A stretch of 50,498 bases of DNA, taken from positions 1-50,498 of the forward strand of contig NZ_DATNJW010000263.1 in NCBI RefSeq assembly GCF_035603715.1, written 5' to 3'. Below the pieces are notes generated by a model that worked only from the letters and a program-made list of their open reading frames with translations, was not told the origin of the DNA and did no database searches. Shown here piece after piece: positions 48,870 through 50,498 of the stretch (positions are counted from its first letter, which is position 1; the number at the start of each line of letters is the position of its first letter). This stretch comes from Mycobacterium sp. (GTDB lineage: Bacteria; Actinomycetota; Actinomycetes; Mycobacteriales; Mycobacteriaceae). Position numbers and translations under genes: made by a program.

Positions 48870-50498
48870 CTAGTCCTCGCCTGCGATCATGGCCGCAGCC
48901 CACGCGATGTGTCCTTGGAAGCCAAGCGATTTGGCCATCGCGCGGTAGCAGCTCACCAACTCGCGGTACGCGACGTCGTCGCCACGGGCACGGGCCAGCA
49001 GCGCGCGCAGCCGCAGCAGCCAGATGTCGCGGATAGCCAACTCGTGATCGGCTGGCGCGGTGGCCAATTGCTCGATCGTGGCCTCGGCTGCGGCGACGTC
49101 CGCGTCGGTCCCACACTCCAGCAGGGTTTCCACCAGAACGCCGGTGGCAGGAATGGCGTAGCCCCACGCCAGCAGCTGTCCCTCGTGAACCCGATGATCG
49201 ACGGCGGCGAGCATGACCGATATCGCCTCATCGCGATCTCCGCGCCGAGCCCTCTCATGTGCCAAGGACGCATTGACGAACGGTAACTCGGACAGAAACT
49301 GTCCCCGGCTCAGAAATGCTTCGCTTGTCTCGGCCAGCAGCTTCTGTCCGCTGGAGCGCTCCGCACCCGTGGAGCGGTGCACCAGCGCGATGCCCAGAGT
49401 CGCCCGCGCCAAAACCAACGCCAGATCGTCAGCTGATCGCTCGGCAATCCGTACCGCATCTTCGATCTCGCGCATCGCCGGATCATCGGCCGCAAGCACG
49501 CCAAATGCTATTCCCGGGAAGTAGACATATGTGATCGCGGTGGCGTAAGACAACGGGTCGGCGCTTCGGGCCATGGCCAAGCCGTGGCGCAGGTCATCGG
49601 GCCATCCGGGACGACCCAGGAAGTACCCGGCGATAGCCCGTGATGTCAAGGCGAGCGCCAACGGTGACCCGACGATGAAGTTCCCTTTCGACGGATCGTC
49701 GTCAGCCATGTCGATGGCCCGCTGGGAGCACCGCAATGCGCCTGACCACTCGCCGGCTTGACCCTCCGCATAGATCACCGGGAAAGACAACCCCACCGTT
49801 AACGTTGGATCGCCGATCGACTCGATCAGGGCCCAGGCTTCCGCTGCCAGCCGCGACGCCTCACGGATCCGGCCCCGCAACGCGTGATCAAACACCAGTC
49901 CCGCCATGCCGGTGGCCAGCGACGCCTGATCCCCAGCGGCCGCGCACAACTCCCGCAATTCCTCAAAGCGATCGCCGGCCACGCTGACTTGAACTCGCCA
50001 GGCGATGCCGCACAGCATGGTGCGGGGTGCGATGCGCATTGCTGTCCGGTCGGGGTCGTCGTCGGGCACGGCGTCGGCGATGCGGCGTGCGCGCTCCCAA
50101 CCTCGTTGCGCCGCGGCGATGTCTCGGTGGGTCGCCCATGTCGCGGCGCGAACATGCCACATGTACGCGGTGTGCAGGTCGCCGGCGGCCTCGACGTGTT
50201 CGGCAATCAGGGCCGCATTCTCATCAGCCGCGGCCTCATCACCTGCTTCGATTGCGGCTGCGACGAGCCGGTGCCACTGGGCGCGGTCGGATTTGAGTTG
50301 TGATTCGTAGGCCACTGCACGGATCAGTGGATGGCAGAAGGCGTATTCGGGGTGCGGGATGAAGCCCACCTGATCGATCAGCTCCGCGCTCAATAACTCA
50401 TCGATTGCCCCTTCGCCGCCCAGGGCGATCAGCAGCTCTTTGTCGAAGCGGGCACCGATCACCGACGCCGCGCTCAACGTCCGCTTGGCCGGGGTGCT
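48870..50498 (-). CDS. Paralogous cyclase-ATPase-TPR protein, C-terminal part (5' truncated by window edge)
   Basis: Frame is open to the window end. Shares LLSAELIDQV, LIRAVAYESQLKSDRA, MRIAPRTMLC and LLRLRALLARARGDD with the downstream gene. Confidence 0.88.
   Translation of the reverse strand, partial: STPAKRTLSAASVIGARFDKELLIALGGEGAIDELLSAELIDQVGFIPHPEYAFCHPLIRAVAYESQLKSDRAQWHRLVAAAIEAGDEAAADENAALIAEHVEAAGDLHTAYMWHVRAATWATHRDIAAAQRGWERARRIADAVPDDDPDRTAMRIAPRTMLCGIAWRVQVSVAGDRFEELRELCAAAGDQASLATGMAGLVFDHALRGRIREASRLAAEAWALIESIGDPTLTVGLSFPVIYAEGQAGEWSGALRCSQRAIDMADDDPSKGNFIVGSPLALALTSRAIAGYFLGRPGWPDDLRHGLAMARSADPLSYATAITYVYFPGIAFGVLAADDPAMREIEDAVRIAERSADDLALVLARATLGIALVHRSTGAERSSGQKLLAETSEAFLSRGQFLSELPFVNASLAHERARRGDRDEAISVMLAAVDHRVHEGQLLAWGYAIPATGVLVETLLECGTDADVAAAEATIEQLATAPADHELAIRDIWLLRLRALLARARGDDVAYRELVSCYRAMAKSLGFQGHIAWAAAMIAGED

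Noticed and set aside
48865-49167. N-terminal extension of the cyclase ORF
   Set aside because: Overlaps the upstream paralogue; the zinc ribbon and RBS point to a start at 48864.
1-50498. CRISPR arrays, rRNA or tRNA genes
   Set aside because: No regularly spaced short repeats or recognisable structural RNA genes seen; the window is almost fully protein-coding.

Overview
High-GC actinobacterial DNA, with gene content typical of a non-tuberculous Mycobacterium. It falls into four parts. (1) Left block, ~1-11.5 kb: aldehyde dehydrogenase 3' end, MFS transporter, a single-polypeptide ECF-type transporter, a divergent enolase paralogue, a hemolysin-III/PAQR protein, a convergent two-component system with a DUF347 membrane protein, and a FolE2/MptA-like GTP cyclohydrolase. 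Four promoters here share a (T/C)CTCAG-N5-(T/C)CTCAG-like direct-repeat box. (2) A Rv3230c/DesA3-like reductase-desaturase pair. (3) A ~31 kb biosynthetic gene cluster, ~14.3-45.7 kb. It encodes an AAA-LuxR regulator, a secreted protein, a glycine/sarcosine N-methyltransferase, a PKS (KS-AT-DH-ER-KR-ACP-C) and an NRPS (A[Ser]-T-C-T-C-A[imino acid]-T-TE) with an internal 1671-bp T-C duplication. It also encodes an FAD monooxygenase, an atypical SDR, two P450s, an O-methyltransferase, two flavin split-barrel proteins, an ABC exporter and a BAHD-like acyltransferase. The core resembles bacterial pyrrolizidine/lipocyclocarbamate pathways (Pxa/Bra/Lgn/Aze type), but with the starter C domain attached to a methylmalonyl-type PKS. 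All five downstream transcription units carry the same palindrome, GC(A/G)GTR-N6-YACTGC, exactly 22 bp upstream of GA(C/G)GAT. (4) Two tandem cyclase-ATPase-TPR paralogues, the second truncated by the window edge. Family assignments come from motif recognition by eye and memory; no database searches were run.
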